Below, one piece after another: positions 12,601 to 24,574 of a stretch of DNA of 64,000 bases. The DNA is from Tubiluchus corallicola (lineage: Eukaryota; Animalia; Priapulida). The translations under genes were made by a program, and so were the position numbers. The notes beneath the pieces are model-generated. The model was not told the DNA's origin. It searched no databases and saw nothing but the letters and a program-made list of their open reading frames with translations. The stretch is from NCBI GenBank assembly GCA_030141605.1, contig JAQGDQ010001016.1:6119-70118 (forward strand), written 5' to 3'. Positions within the stretch are counted from its first letter, which is position 1, and every line of letters starts with the position of its first letter.

Positions 12601-15600
12601 AGTTCCTTTTCTTGGAAATTAGCAATATAGAAATATCGAGTCCAGTGAGAGAGTCCTTCTACGATTTCTTCCACGTCAGTTATGAAAAGTGGATCATAAT
12701 ATCCACAAGCAACAAAACAACCAGTTAAATTATCAAGATATTCAACAACAATGCACTCATGAAGCACGATGCCACAGTCAACCGTTAAACATCCAATGAA
12801 TTCTCCAATTTGTATTTCTCTTGTTGTATGATTTACTGGTGGATCCTTGCAATCGACAGCTGATTCCTTCCAATCTTGTGCTTTAGTCCACTCCATACTA
12901 CAATCACATTGTAATGGATTTCCTGTAAATAAATCAATAGCTGACCAAATTTTTTTAACAAGTTGACAAGTAGATCCCTCCCTTCTCTCTGTTCAGTAAA
13001 ATTCGAACCTTGTGTAACTTATTTTACTCTGAAATTAATTTTGAAACTAATGATTAAAAGAATTTACTCAGGCCCACGAACTATACATATTAGGCTGCTT
13101 GCTTCTTTTTACCCTTTGTTAAAGTAAAACCGGACGATTGTTTAGATTCGTTCTCATATTAATTTAGTGTCCAAAATATACATTTTCTTTCCTATAAAAG
13201 CTAACAATTGAATATTTAGCTTAGAAAGTTAATTAATGGCAACTGAACACAGACATTGCTTATGTCAAAAACTAACCACAGAAACTACCCGCTGCTAATC
13301 TTAGTAGATTCACTGAGACGCGAATAGCTTTGAAAGTTTAATGAAATTGTTATATGTATAACATCCTTGTGATACTTGTCTTTGTACGTCATATATTCAC
13401 TGTGGTTGGCTTTATTTCACAGGCTCAATTCTGCAATGCTACGTATTCAGAATTTGGTGCTATTTTCCACTGGACAATACCTAACAAACGGTCATGGAAT
13501 ATATTCTCAATGAATTTACTGGCACATTTGCACTCAAAAACACTGTTAGTATTTTCATTGAATAACAACTGATAGAATACCTTGGATTAATTATATCAAA
13601 AAATAATACTCGTACTTTAGCACAGTAGCCAGGTACCATTAACCTCTGTCACTAAGGGCGACATTTTTAAATGAAGCTAAATATATAATGCCAAACCTCT
13701 CTTATTCACCAAACTCATTAGTGTATCAAACATCAGGAATGTATTTGTGTATCAACAAACACATTAGTGCACCAAACATCTGGAATGTATTTGTGTATCA
13801 ACAAACACATTAGTGCATCAAACATCTGGAATGCATATGTGTGTCAACAAACACATTAGTGCATCAAACATCTGGAATGTATTTGTGTATCAACAAACAC
13901 ATTAGTGTATTAAACATCTGGAAGCTATTAGTGTATCAAAAACTCTTTAGTGTATCAACTTCTGGAACATAATACTGACTGTTAGCTAAAACTTATCAGA
14001 GATATTTTAAATCATATAGGATTCTCACATATCTGGGAAGCTGAAAGTACAGAGTCCATTAGGCACAAAAAAATTATTAATTCACTGAAATCAAAACTGC
14101 AAACCAAATTACTAGAAGAAAAATGTCCCTAGAGAAACTGGTAAAAACATTAACGAAAAGAATAAGTTACAAACTTATTCCAAGTTTAAAAACGAATTCA
14201 TAGAAGAAAAATACCTATTTTTAATAAAAAAAACCCTGTTAAAAAGCAAAGTTTACAAAATTGCATATTAGCTCATACAACCTCTTTATTGAGAAAGGCC
14301 GACACATCAAAGCTAAAACCGTATTAACAATAGATTACGTAATTTCTGTGAAGAACAAAATTGATGACCAAAAGCAATTAGTTCTTGACTGCAACTATTA
14401 TATTGATTTAAGCCGTTTTTCCCATGTCAATGAAATTTTCCCAAACTTTATTAATCTTACAGTACAGGAAAAACTTATATTTCTAATGAATGGAAATGAA
14501 TGGAATGTAAAGTGAATTGCATATTGTTTTTTTTCATTCGTCAGTAAACTATTACTATTATTATCATAACTATTATTATTATAATTATAATGAGTTCTAT
14601 TTTTACCCGTAAGTTTGATGATTAGCTGATCAGGAGTACTGCTTGGGTGAAAATTTGGCATATCCATTTGAGTTATGCCAGTTTTGTCTATCTCGAGGGT
14701 TTGCAAATAACGACACTTTCGTAAGTCCAAATTTATAGATGTCAGACGTGGGGCGTCTGAAATTAATATGTATTTAACATAACGCTGTAATTCAAATGCT
14801 CTTGGGTCAATGTAGTAAAGTTTATCATTGCTTATAATTCTGATATTTTTTGCAACTTTTCCACTAATTTCACCAATTCCAACCCACTCTATACTGTTGT
14901 ATTTCATTTCAAAGGTGTTAATCGTTTTGGATTTTAAAAATCGAAGTGGTAGTCGTCTTTCTACGTAATTACTGATATACAATGCATCAAAATTGTCAGG
15001 AACGGTTTTCTCTATGACATCCAAAGTTGCAAAATCAAGTCTGAAAAACCAACCGCACTGAATCTGGCACGGATTTGTATTCAAAAAACGACATACTGGT
15101 AACTCTGGGCCACATGGCTTTGGTTTTGGTGTGGTCGTAGGAGGATCCGTCCACGTAGGGTGGATAATTGTTCCCGTGCGGAAGGTTGTATCGGTAGGGC
15201 TTCTGGAGCAATCCAATAATTCGTCAAAATCTTCAAGAGTCATAGGTGGATCTACTCTCGGAGGATCCAGGCATTCTATTCTGGAATAAAACCAAGGCAC
15301 AGCTTTTGTCCACCGCATTGAACAGTTGCAAATCAATCGATTTTCTAAAAAAAACAGCGATAATACACTGAATGCATAAGTTTTCTTTTTGTTAGGTACT
15401 TGTTTGACTATTTCTGCATGCATTTATATAAGCATACGCAATTACTTTTAAAATAACTGATTGCTTATACCTGTTATAATTACAAAGAATTTTTGTTTGC
15501 TTTGAAAATAACATAAGCTGAAATGTCGTCAAGCAAATTGGTCTATCGCTCGACGTCCACTCTGACTTAAGCTCAGTGGCATTCGGGACAACAGTTCACA

Positions 15601-18600
15601 ACATCTGTCTAAACCAAACTAAACAACATGACAGTCGAAACTAAAGTCTAGTTTACTTTTGCATAAACAGAAATTTGCAGAGCAGTAGCTATTTTTACAC
15701 GAAATGAGCACTTCAAGTAGCCAAAAAATTACTTTTCAATTTAAGCAGAATGCAGAGACGAGCAGCAATGCAAAATACAGAGACATAAGTACAATAAACA
15801 AACAAAACCAGTTAGCCTTGCTTAGAAATAAATGAGAAACAAAAATATTATTGTTATGAATAAATTTCGGAAAATGAATTTCAGTAGGTGTTAATTGAGT
15901 TACCAGATGAATTAGATTCAGATGATAAACTCGCTCTTCCCTAAGTTAAGTAAGGAAATTTATACAAGTTGAATATGGAACTCACCCAGCTGGTGGCTCG
16001 AATTTAATGAGTTAAATTGTCGCAAGATAGTAGAAGGACAGGTGTAAAATTCAAAGGGACACTATTGATTACGCGGCATGCATACAGATTAGAAGACAAT
16101 AGGAAGAAGGTAAATAGCGATCATTTGTCACATGTCGGGAAAGTAATTAGAAGCCCCAAGGTCTAGTATCAGTGCTTATTGATCATTAAATTGAAATCAG
16201 AAGTAATACCGCCCAGACAGTGCGGAAAAAATCAAAAGCAACAAAATGTAGGAACAGTCATTATTGGTTATAAAATCAGAAAGTGAAAGTATTAGCCGCT
16301 GTCCAGGAGGTAAAGTGTCACCAGATGGTGCAATACACGAACATCAGGCTTTTGCAATATAAGCTAAGAAAAATATTCTAGCGACACACCAAGGTGACGT
16401 GAGAGTCACATACACAACGAGGGAGGAAGTCTGACAGTGGTTGTCGCCATCGTGTTGTGTCCAAGATATCTTCTGCAAGATAAGAAGCATCGCTAGCCCA
16501 GGGTGGAGGAACATCTACGTACTTGGCAAAGTTTGAGCACTGGTGCTGCGAAGTCTCGTTAGGAACAGGGATTTGGCCTAAAGCAGTGGTACATTGGCCA
16601 ATCCGCCAGTTAAGTGAATTAACTTATTTATTTTGTAACTTGTATCTGATACAGTTGTAACCGTAACGTAGTTGTATGATTTAAGCACCTTCAGTGCATC
16701 ATACCAAGAGAGAAGATCAGTTAAGTGAATAGCATCTCTTTGGAACTAGACATTATTTGTAAACGCCCACTGGCGTATGAGGACAAATCTTGTATTGGTA
16801 CCAGAGTTGATTAAATTGTAAACTGTAAAGTTCAATAAAGTCTATTCACTGTATTAACTTAAACATTGAGTTTGTGAATGTTTAATACGTTATTGGTAAC
16901 TCATAATCGCAACACTGGATCCTTGATTTGAACCTGAAGCGATTCGCAGTGTAGAGCTCATTTGCGGGAGCTGGCTAGTAAACTTGAGGGATAAAGATCT
17001 GACTCACAACGCAAGTTCGGTGGTTATAGTCGTGTAGGACAGATCATTGCCTTATCGACTGAACCAAAGCCCTCGGCGTCGGGTAATCGATCAGTTACCT
17101 GGAAGCAATCGAGTGTGAATCCCAATAATTATTAATTCGATTAATTACTTCAATTAATCATGGTCGCTCTGTGAAAATTAGAGGGTGATATTATGTGTAT
17201 CTTGCCTTTGAACATGCGAACATCACTACCAGCCTACGGAAATGGAATAAAATAGATTGTTCCGTTCCATAGACGACCCTTATATTGAATGCCCGAATTG
17301 CATCTTTTAACCATGATTATAACCGCAAAAACAGTGCAAAATTAACTAATATTACGTTGATGTATAATATCAGTTTTGATCTAATTTGAATTCACTTTGA
17401 CTGTGAAGGTCTCCTTGAAGTTTAAAAAACTGGCTAGAAAAGAAAACGTCTAGCAAAAAAAATTTGAAAACGTTTTTTCTAAATATGGGGATCCTATGAC
17501 TGTGCTGGTTTACTCATAATCATGACAGTTGTCACAGACTCCCGTGAATAAGTTCAGCTCCGGGGCCATGCCTCGATTATTGCTGACTAAGACCGGCTAT
17601 TTAGAGGTGCGCAGGCTGGAACATCGTTTTTATCTAGCTTGCAATGTTATAAACAAAGTCAAACTGCGTATTTTCTTGATAACAAAATGGTTGAATCAGC
17701 AACTCATAGACGTAAGCATTTCTTCTTATAAACAAAACTAGACAATATATATCCATTAATTCACTTGCAATTTCAAATGACAGTAACAAAATTTAGAACC
17801 AGGCCAATATTTCTCCCGCCAACTAATGAAAAGTTGAGCATTTTTCATAACAGTATTAGATGCAGCTGTAGCTAAACGTTCAGAACAAAGCTCAAAGGAT
17901 TGTGAAATAACTTGCATGCCGATTGGCTATTTAATGATAATGATTGACATTATGCTAGACATCAATTGGAATGTCAATCTGTGTCAAACCTAATGTTCAA
18001 ATAACGACAGTAACTCTGGGCCATATTGTTCTGACTCTGTTATGAGGGGCGTAAGATTAACAAGATATCAGTGAATGCCCCATGCTTGTAATTGGATGTC
18101 TTATTGGAAACTAAGACTTCTCTCCCATCAGCCTTATTTATTATTTGACTGCATCATTATAATTTTTGAGACTTTGTTTATTCCATATCTGGAGAAAAGC
18201 ATCATTTTCTAACTCAGATTAATTTTTGAAATCTGAAATCAGATTTTTAGAATCCACTATGTAGGCTAGTCCAAAATGGTAAACTTACGAAGAAGCATTA
18301 TACTGAACGTTTCAGGTTGTCTGTCTGGATGCAATGTGAACTTTTGCAGGAAATCCGTGCCGGTATCCCATATCATGATCGTGTCCAGAACTGGGTTGTC
18401 AGAAAAATCAAGATGATCTATATCCAACTTTGGTGCGGTAATAATATAAATGATCCGGGCATACTTCAAATTAGAAAATGCTCTAGGATGCATTTCAGTT
18501 AACTTCAAACTGCGTTTCAATTGTATCTTGTTCACGTTAAAATCTTCTGGAAAATTATTTTCACCGAATTTTTCAATGTTAGAGTCATCAATGACTAACA

Positions 18601-18940
18601 GATTTATTGTTTTTCCATCAAGTAATTCAGGATACAACCGGGATTCAGCATATTTTTGAATAATCATTGTTTCAACTCTCGCGGAGACACGTTTCATAAT
18701 GTCATTCATTATGGGATAATCAAGGTGAGGTTTGAATTGATCACCACACCAAACAATGCACTCAGGTTTTGGGCGACGATAGGAGACGGAAACCACAAAA
18801 TGACATTTTCTTGGCACAAATTCGCATGAGAACTGAATCATATCAACAGTCCACTCTGGTTCGGTCGGTTTAACTGGATCACTGAGAGCGCTTTTGTTAA
18901 AAACGTGAAACATGAATACGCATGATAGATAAAGAAGCAT
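9418..18940 (-). CDS. LRR gene A: secreted, GPI-anchor-like protein with four tandem capped LRR domains, about 1004 aa, 5 coding exons (18940-18289, 15344-14607, 12922-12257, 11963-11238, 9650-9418)
   Basis: All four introns are GT-AG and phase 1, and the joined frame stays open (3015 nt). Junctions rebuild LRRCT motifs: IMLLQNRLICNCSMRW, IKLTGNPLQCDCSMEW, LKLKGNRLLCNCYLKW, LEITLSRLVCNCSMQW. N-terminus is hydrophobic (MLLYLSCVFMFHVF) and so is the C-terminus (ICFTTILLSF). LRR-like xLxxIxPxAF motifs recur in each module. Confidence 0.85.
10440..11210 (+). mobile_element. Same LINE 3' fragment in intron 4 of LRR gene A
   Basis: ORF 10781-11092 matches ORF 352-597, so the insertion is shared by both paralogs. 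Confidence 0.7.
11238..11963 (-). CDS. LRR gene A exon 4 (LRRCT, linker, Cys cap, LRR domain 4)
   Basis: Acceptor ATTACAG, donor GTGAGT, 726 nt, phase 1-1. Confidence 0.85.
12257..12922 (-). CDS. LRR gene A exon 3 (LRRCT, Cys cap, LRR domain 3)
   Basis: Acceptor TTTACAG, donor GTAGCA, 666 nt, phase 1-1, begins GNPLQCDC. Confidence 0.85.
13716..13960. repeat. 46-bp tandem repeat, about 4.5 copies plus degenerate tail
   Basis: Unit cattagtgcatcaaacatctggaatgtatttgtgtatcaacaaaca. Confidence 0.85.
14000..14530 (+). mobile_element. LINE 3' fragment in intron 2 of LRR gene A
   Basis: KLQTYSKFK...EEKYL...ISSYNLFIEKGRH...IDDQKQLVLDCNYY resembles the C-terminal domain of LINE ORF2. Confidence 0.6.
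14607..15344 (-). CDS. LRR gene A exon 2 (LRRCT, Thr/Pro linker, Cys cap, LRR domain 2)
   Basis: Acceptor TTTTTTTAG, donor GTAAAA, 738 nt (multiple of 3), phase 1-1. Confidence 0.85.
15852..17190 (+). mobile_element. Probable solo LTR (about 1.3 kb) in intron 1 of LRR gene A
   Basis: Starts TGTTAT, ends GTGATA, flanked by TTAT on both sides. Internal AATAAA at about 16834, higher GC than flanks, no ORF, absent from gene B intron 1. Confidence 0.45.
18289..18940 (-). CDS. LRR gene A coding exon 1 (signal peptide, Cys cap, LRR domain 1)
   Basis: Lies in ORF 18266-19030. ATG at 18940 follows a pyrimidine-rich acceptor (AG at 18951-18950). Phase-1 donor GTAAGT at 18288. Confidence 0.8.
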
Positions 18941-19439
18941 AGTTTCTAACTTCAACAAAACAGAAAGAGAAGCTATTAGATATTTTCTAATTTCAAGGTT
19001 TGAACATATAGTAAAAATACCATTGTCCACAAGACACTACAAGTTAGAAGAATATTTTATTTTGAAACAATTAGACAATTACGTACTGTGTTCTAAAGCA
19101 CTATTTTGTGCAAGCATTTAGAACTATGTATAAAGCAGGTATAGCAATTTTTCAACACAACCTTAATAGGAACATCCCAAAAATATATAGCGCTGTTCTG
19201 CTAAGCTCTTTTTTTCAATACAAATACACATTCACAGGCACATCCACATATAGACAGTTATTCACACATACATGCACATATCTGTTTAGTTGTGTAGACA
19301 GCATTCAGCAGTTATTGTAGAAATGCTAACAAACTTTCCTGAAAATATTTATGTGAAAATACTGATTTTGTCTACAAAATTAAATGGAATCTTTTTTCGG
19401 CCTTTTGTTTCACACATCGCAATGAGTTTGCATACTTAC

Positions 19440-22400
19440 TCTTTAAAAATTTGAGCTACTGTTAGAATATGTTTGTCATCGAAAAGAAATCCTCCTGCTG
19501 TAATTTCAAGCGATTTATTGATAAAACCAGGACGAAGAATCCTAACCTTCAAGAACAAATACACAAATAGTTACTAAAACTGTTGCCTTGCATCTTAAAT
19601 TTCTATATTAAAAAAAGGGAAGAAGTTAATGCAAAAGTAGAAAAATTTAATCTGCTGTACAAAACGATGTTTTGGTTTTTTCACGAAGAATTTCCAACTG
19701 TGAACTAGAAAACTGAACAAATGTGGCTTTCCAACTCCATGTCTCCATGCTGCCACAATACTGCCATAAATGTAATAACCTTGTGACTATCAAATTAAAG
19801 AGATCATATAAATAATTTAACGTTAAATATGAAACGTGATTTAAACTCCGCAAAATTAAAAAAAACAAAACAGCAAAAGTTTATTTTTGCAAAAAAAAAC
19901 AAATTTAAACACGCACCATGTATGGAAATTCCCGCTCCCCTGCATTTTCTCCACCACTAATTCTTGGTTCAATAGGCAACTCTGCAACATATTTTCCAAT
20001 TTACTCATAGACAAAAACAAAACAAATATTTACCACTAAACGTCCACGTGTGAATCTGGACCTAAAAAAGCTTCGTTGAATTAGGCGATGGTGTACATCT
20101 TGATAAATTGCAATTCGCTTGTATCAGAGCAAAATCTTTGGATTAGCTTAAATCTAACAAACTGAAAGCAAATTATAACTGATGAATACAGTATGTACCC
20201 AATGTTTTTAAAAGTCGCAAGCTCAGGACTAGCCAAACCACTGTTCTTACTTTTTCATTAATCACTGGACAAAGAAAACTATCTCAAGTTTGGAGGTTCA
20301 GCCAAGTTTCACAGACACTCAAGACGATAAGTAAAATTGATAACAACTATAGACCAGTAAGCCTAACGTCAAAACTGTTTAAAACATTAGAGAAAATTAT
20401 CTGGAGATGACTGATACAGCACATAAAAAGCAAAATATGAAGAACACAATGCAGATTTAGAAAAGGCAAGTCTGTATCAGACAACTATTAGATGACATCA
20501 ATTTATGGACCAAAATAATCAGTTGTTGAGCTTCATTTGACACAATCTGTTTAAATTTTGCAAAAAGATTTGATTCAATCCCTCACAAAAGACTCTTACT
20601 AAAGTGACTAAACTATATTAAGTGTAATGATGTAATAATGTTTGGCTTAAACGAAACGGAGATTGTTTGGCTTTTATTGCGACAAACAAACAAGGTTATC
20701 AAGTACTGCTTAGTACAATATTTCATTGTTCGTGCACCATCCTCTTCGTCATGTTACTTCATATTTGACATGTATTGGGACGCCATTTCCCAAAATTATA
20801 CATTTCGTCGGGAATGAGATGTAAATTCTTTTAACATACTAATTGATTTCTTATCAAAACGTCCACTACGATTAACTAAAATTAATTAGAGACTTTCAGC
20901 GAATAACTAAATAAAATGAAACAAAATCTACATACATCAACCCGGGAGTTACTCAGAAAATTTATCATTACTGCTTTTGAACACATTGAAATCTGAATAA
21001 CAAGCATTTAAAACTAGGACGCCAATATTGAAGCCAGATGTCACCACCTTACAGGTAAGAGCAGGTAAGTTAACTTAATCTAATCAAAACGCACACTGAA
21101 CTATTATTAGTCATATTGTAAGAACAAACCGTTTTGGATATTTAATAAACAAAGCTCCTTAACAGAAATGGCGAATGATTTAGAAGTTATTGTAGATGAT
21201 AAACAGAAATTTGATAAGCATGCTGGAACAGAGCCAGTAGAAGAATCAGAATTGTCGGAATGATGAAAAGGCTCGTTTGTCTACACTGGCACTGACATGT
21301 TTTTGCCATTATTCAGCAGATTAGTAAGACCGAAACTGAAATATGGTAATGTAGTTTGATAACAATTTTACAGAAAAGACATCAATTGATTAGAAAACGT
21401 ACAGTGTAGAGCAGTAAAGATGGTTTACTGTATATCAGGTCTGAAGTACGAAGACACATTGTTGATACTAAAACTGCTATAGTTTAACATACCGTAAGTT
21501 TTGAAGTGACAAGATGGAAGTGTACAAAATCACGCACAGCAACTGCATTACGCCAATATAGTTGACTCAACACAAAAAACCGATTTTTCGCAGTAGCGAC
21601 ACAAAGATTATGGAATAAGTTACCATAAAAGGTTTTGGAGGCACCATCTTTGAATGCTTTCAAGATCCGTTTAGATAGACAGATTTTGGAGCAGGAAATA
21701 CACCCAGAAAGACCTCAAGGAATAACTTAACATACAGCCATAAGCTTATTTCTGGAACCATGAACAAATCAAAGTCCAAAGAGATACGTGTTTTTATTTA
21801 TGTGAAATTTTAAGCACTATTACAGTTCTAAAAATACACGTTTGATGAGCTATCGATTGGCATGTTAACATACATATATAAACTATCCAAACTATAAGGC
21901 AAAATAGCTCAGAAAGATACCATTTTTAAAGTAGTATGCACAAAACTTTCAAGGAAACTTCATAATGTAATAATTCAAGATTACGTGAACATTTGTAATA
22001 CCATTTTGGGAAAAAGTCGAAATCAAAACGATTAAGACTGTAACTTGCAGCTCAAAAAAGTGTACCAAAGATTACTGTGAGAAATCAACTTGGTCTACTA
22101 AAAGCTGCAATAATCTTTCCAAACAATAACCGCATTGCATACCAAAAAAATTTTAGTGCGTAAATCTGGCTAATTCATAAAAAAACATACTAGCTTTGAA
22201 ACAATAATTTGTGCCAAAGAGCTATCCCAAGCATGTTTGTTTTGTTATGTAGAAAAACACATAAATGCATATTGCTAGTAAATAAAGCTACTTTCACTGT
22301 GAAAGTCAAGCACCCCTCTTTTAGTGATACGGAATTTGTAAATTTTGGGGTTCATTTAAAGATTTTCTTCGGAAAGAGGAAGTCACAAGGGAAGTGACAA

Positions 22401-22986
22401 TCATGTAAAGGAAAGCACTGTGCTTTGCATTTATTACAATATTATAGGTAGCAAGAATCGCTTATCTATGGTAGCCATGTAACTCAGTGTATCCAGTAAA
22501 AATGGCAGTGATTGTCAGGGCATTGACAACAACTTTGAAGAAATTGCATTTAGTAGAAGAGAATGTGATTGATGTCACGTTTATCAAGACTCTTTAACAA
22601 AGTTCATTTCATGCTTAATTTTACATTCAATGAAGCCGTATTAGCCAAAATTTACTCTCATTTGTAAATACAAGAATATTATGAATTGAGTCACACATCC
22701 CGCATAGTTACATAAAAATGTAGTTATTTTGTGATTTGACTGTGGGAATGTGTAAAGTTACTTCACCTATAAGATGATCGTGTGAGCCACAATGTCACAT
22801 ATCTGAGTAAGAATTTATTTCTCCTTTAACGCAGAATAATTCATACCACAAAGTGAGACTAACCTTTTCCGTTTGAGCCTGGAGAAGCTGTTGAGGACTG
22901 AGATTCTTTAGATTGACATAGAGTGTCAAAGCAAAGCAATGTAGTAAATGCAAACAAAAATGTAAACCGAAAACATCGAGCTGCAT
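19440..22986 (-). pseudogene. Serine protease 5'-half copy (exons 22986-22864, 20061-20034, 19981-19917, 19546-19440), His57->Gln, 3' exons absent
   Basis: Reads MQLDVFGLHFCLHLLHCFAL...TEK|VQIHTWTFS|ELPIEPR-ISGGENAGEREFPYM|VRIL...ILTVAQIFK. Similarity to the complete gene stops abruptly at 19161. Confidence 0.8.
20130..21720 (+). mobile_element. Degenerate CR1/L2-like LINE pieces in intron 1 of the protease 5'-half copy
   Basis: Broken motifs NNYRPVSLTS..K.LEKII, F.K.FDSIPHKRLL, LVRPKLKYG, LENVQCRAVK and LWNKLP...LNAFKIRLD. Confidence 0.65.
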
Positions 22987-24574
22987 GCACTAATAGCATT
23001 GTTTCTGAAACTGACAATTTGAAAGTTGAAAAATAATTAGTAAATAAATCAATGCCATAAGGATCTCAATGATATGATAGCATCAATAACTAGTTACAGT
23101 GATTCCATTCACTGATCAAAGGAAATCAAATTTTTATGCCTAAACAAACTTACTTTGTAGTGCTCGCCATCTGTTAAAAAAGAGAAAAACAAATTTGAAC
23201 ATTTACTGTTTTCATTAATTGGAAAACGCATTTCAAAAACGCAGTTTAAAAAACACAAGGTCAACTTTCAAACACAAGGTCAACTTTCAAACATAATAGG
23301 CAGTCCATATTTGAATAGTTACTTCCATTTCGCTTAAGTAGCTAGTGTTAAAAGCTAATTTAGTTACTGTACAAGCAGGTTGTGATAACAGACAAATTCA
23401 ACAGGTGAGAATAATCTAAAAACTATGAACAAAGATTTAGTTTAAAAGAATTTAATTTCATTTCATTTAAGTGTTTTCTATCTCTGCATTTAATAGTTCA
23501 TAATTTGGAAACCCGTTAAAGGACAGCAATTTGACCAGGTAGTCTACATTTCTTATTACAGGAAAAATACAAATTACCATATTATTATTCAGGCAGCAAT
23601 TGCATAATTAGGCATAATAAGTTAGAGAAAGTTATTTTACCATACGTACCTGTTGCCAAGAAATCTACTAGTTCCAAAAACACTTAAAAAGTGGTTAAGC
23701 CTCATCACAAAGGTTTTCCATGCTTAAATAAACGATTCCACTGTTTTGTATGTTCAAACCACATTGTCTGAGATTTGGAACTTTGGAACAACGATTCTTT
23801 TCAAAAGAAAATTGAGAACGTGATTATTTAGGTTAAAGAATGATTGTTTCGTTCTATTTATATTTTGCAACTGCAGAACGAATTTTTATTGCTGTATTCA
23901 CGAAGAGTGTTTTCTTGTGCTGTAATAACTAGACTTTGCTAAGTTAATATAAGAAAATGTAACCATGCACCTTGTTGACCCTAACAGCCACTATGAGGAT
24001 GATAATGGTGACTTTAATTTTGGACCAGATTTTCAGGTCCTGCAGCACCAAGTTTTCATTCTTCAACTGATTCATCATACGAAATACTTATAAAACACTT
24101 TGTTTCTTATCTTTTGAACATTAAAGGCTAACTGCTACACTTGGAAATGCCATCAGAACGTCTATGCCGTTCGTGACTTTATTTCAGCATATAATCTGTA
24201 ATATATATAATATATAATTTAGGTGTTTTATAATTTGGCCATAAAATTGCAGTTACTTTCACGAAACTATATTTTGTTTTTAGCTGAAGTGTTAATTGTT
24301 AGCATTTTAGTTTCAATTTTATTTCCATTTATGTTTTGCCAAGTGCATCTAGTGTATTTATCAAGCTTGTTTTCAGAAAGGTGCTTATAAACAAACATGC
24401 TTATTTAAAATATGAACTTTTTATAAAAAATTATTTATTTTAAATTCGCATATCACGTACACATTCTGTGGTAGGTTTGTTTACAAAACTTGATAATCAT
24501 AGAAAATTTTGTGTGAAAGCATTTGCCTTGAAAATTATAAAACCTTAAAAGTACTTTGCTATTACTTAGTCTGC

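Larger units (their letters stand above)
19161..23930. repeat. Segmental duplicate of 27534-31530 (protease upstream region and exons 1-4)
   Basis: ccttaataggaacatcccaaaaatatata occurs at 19161 and 27534. 19161-20800 matches 27534-29170 and 22464-23930 matches 29917-31530, with different sequence in the middle. Confidence 0.9.

Noticed and set aside
808-18940. True VLR-style somatic assembly locus
   Set aside because: There is no incomplete germline gene, no array of single-LRR donor cassettes and no recombination signals. The genes are complete as spliced, so only the modular analogy is kept.
674-19030. Treating each long LRR ORF as a separate single-exon gene
   Set aside because: The ORF ends are read-through into introns (e.g. 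poly-Met/Leu tails, antisense LINE sequence). Conserved phase-1 splice sites join them into two genes.
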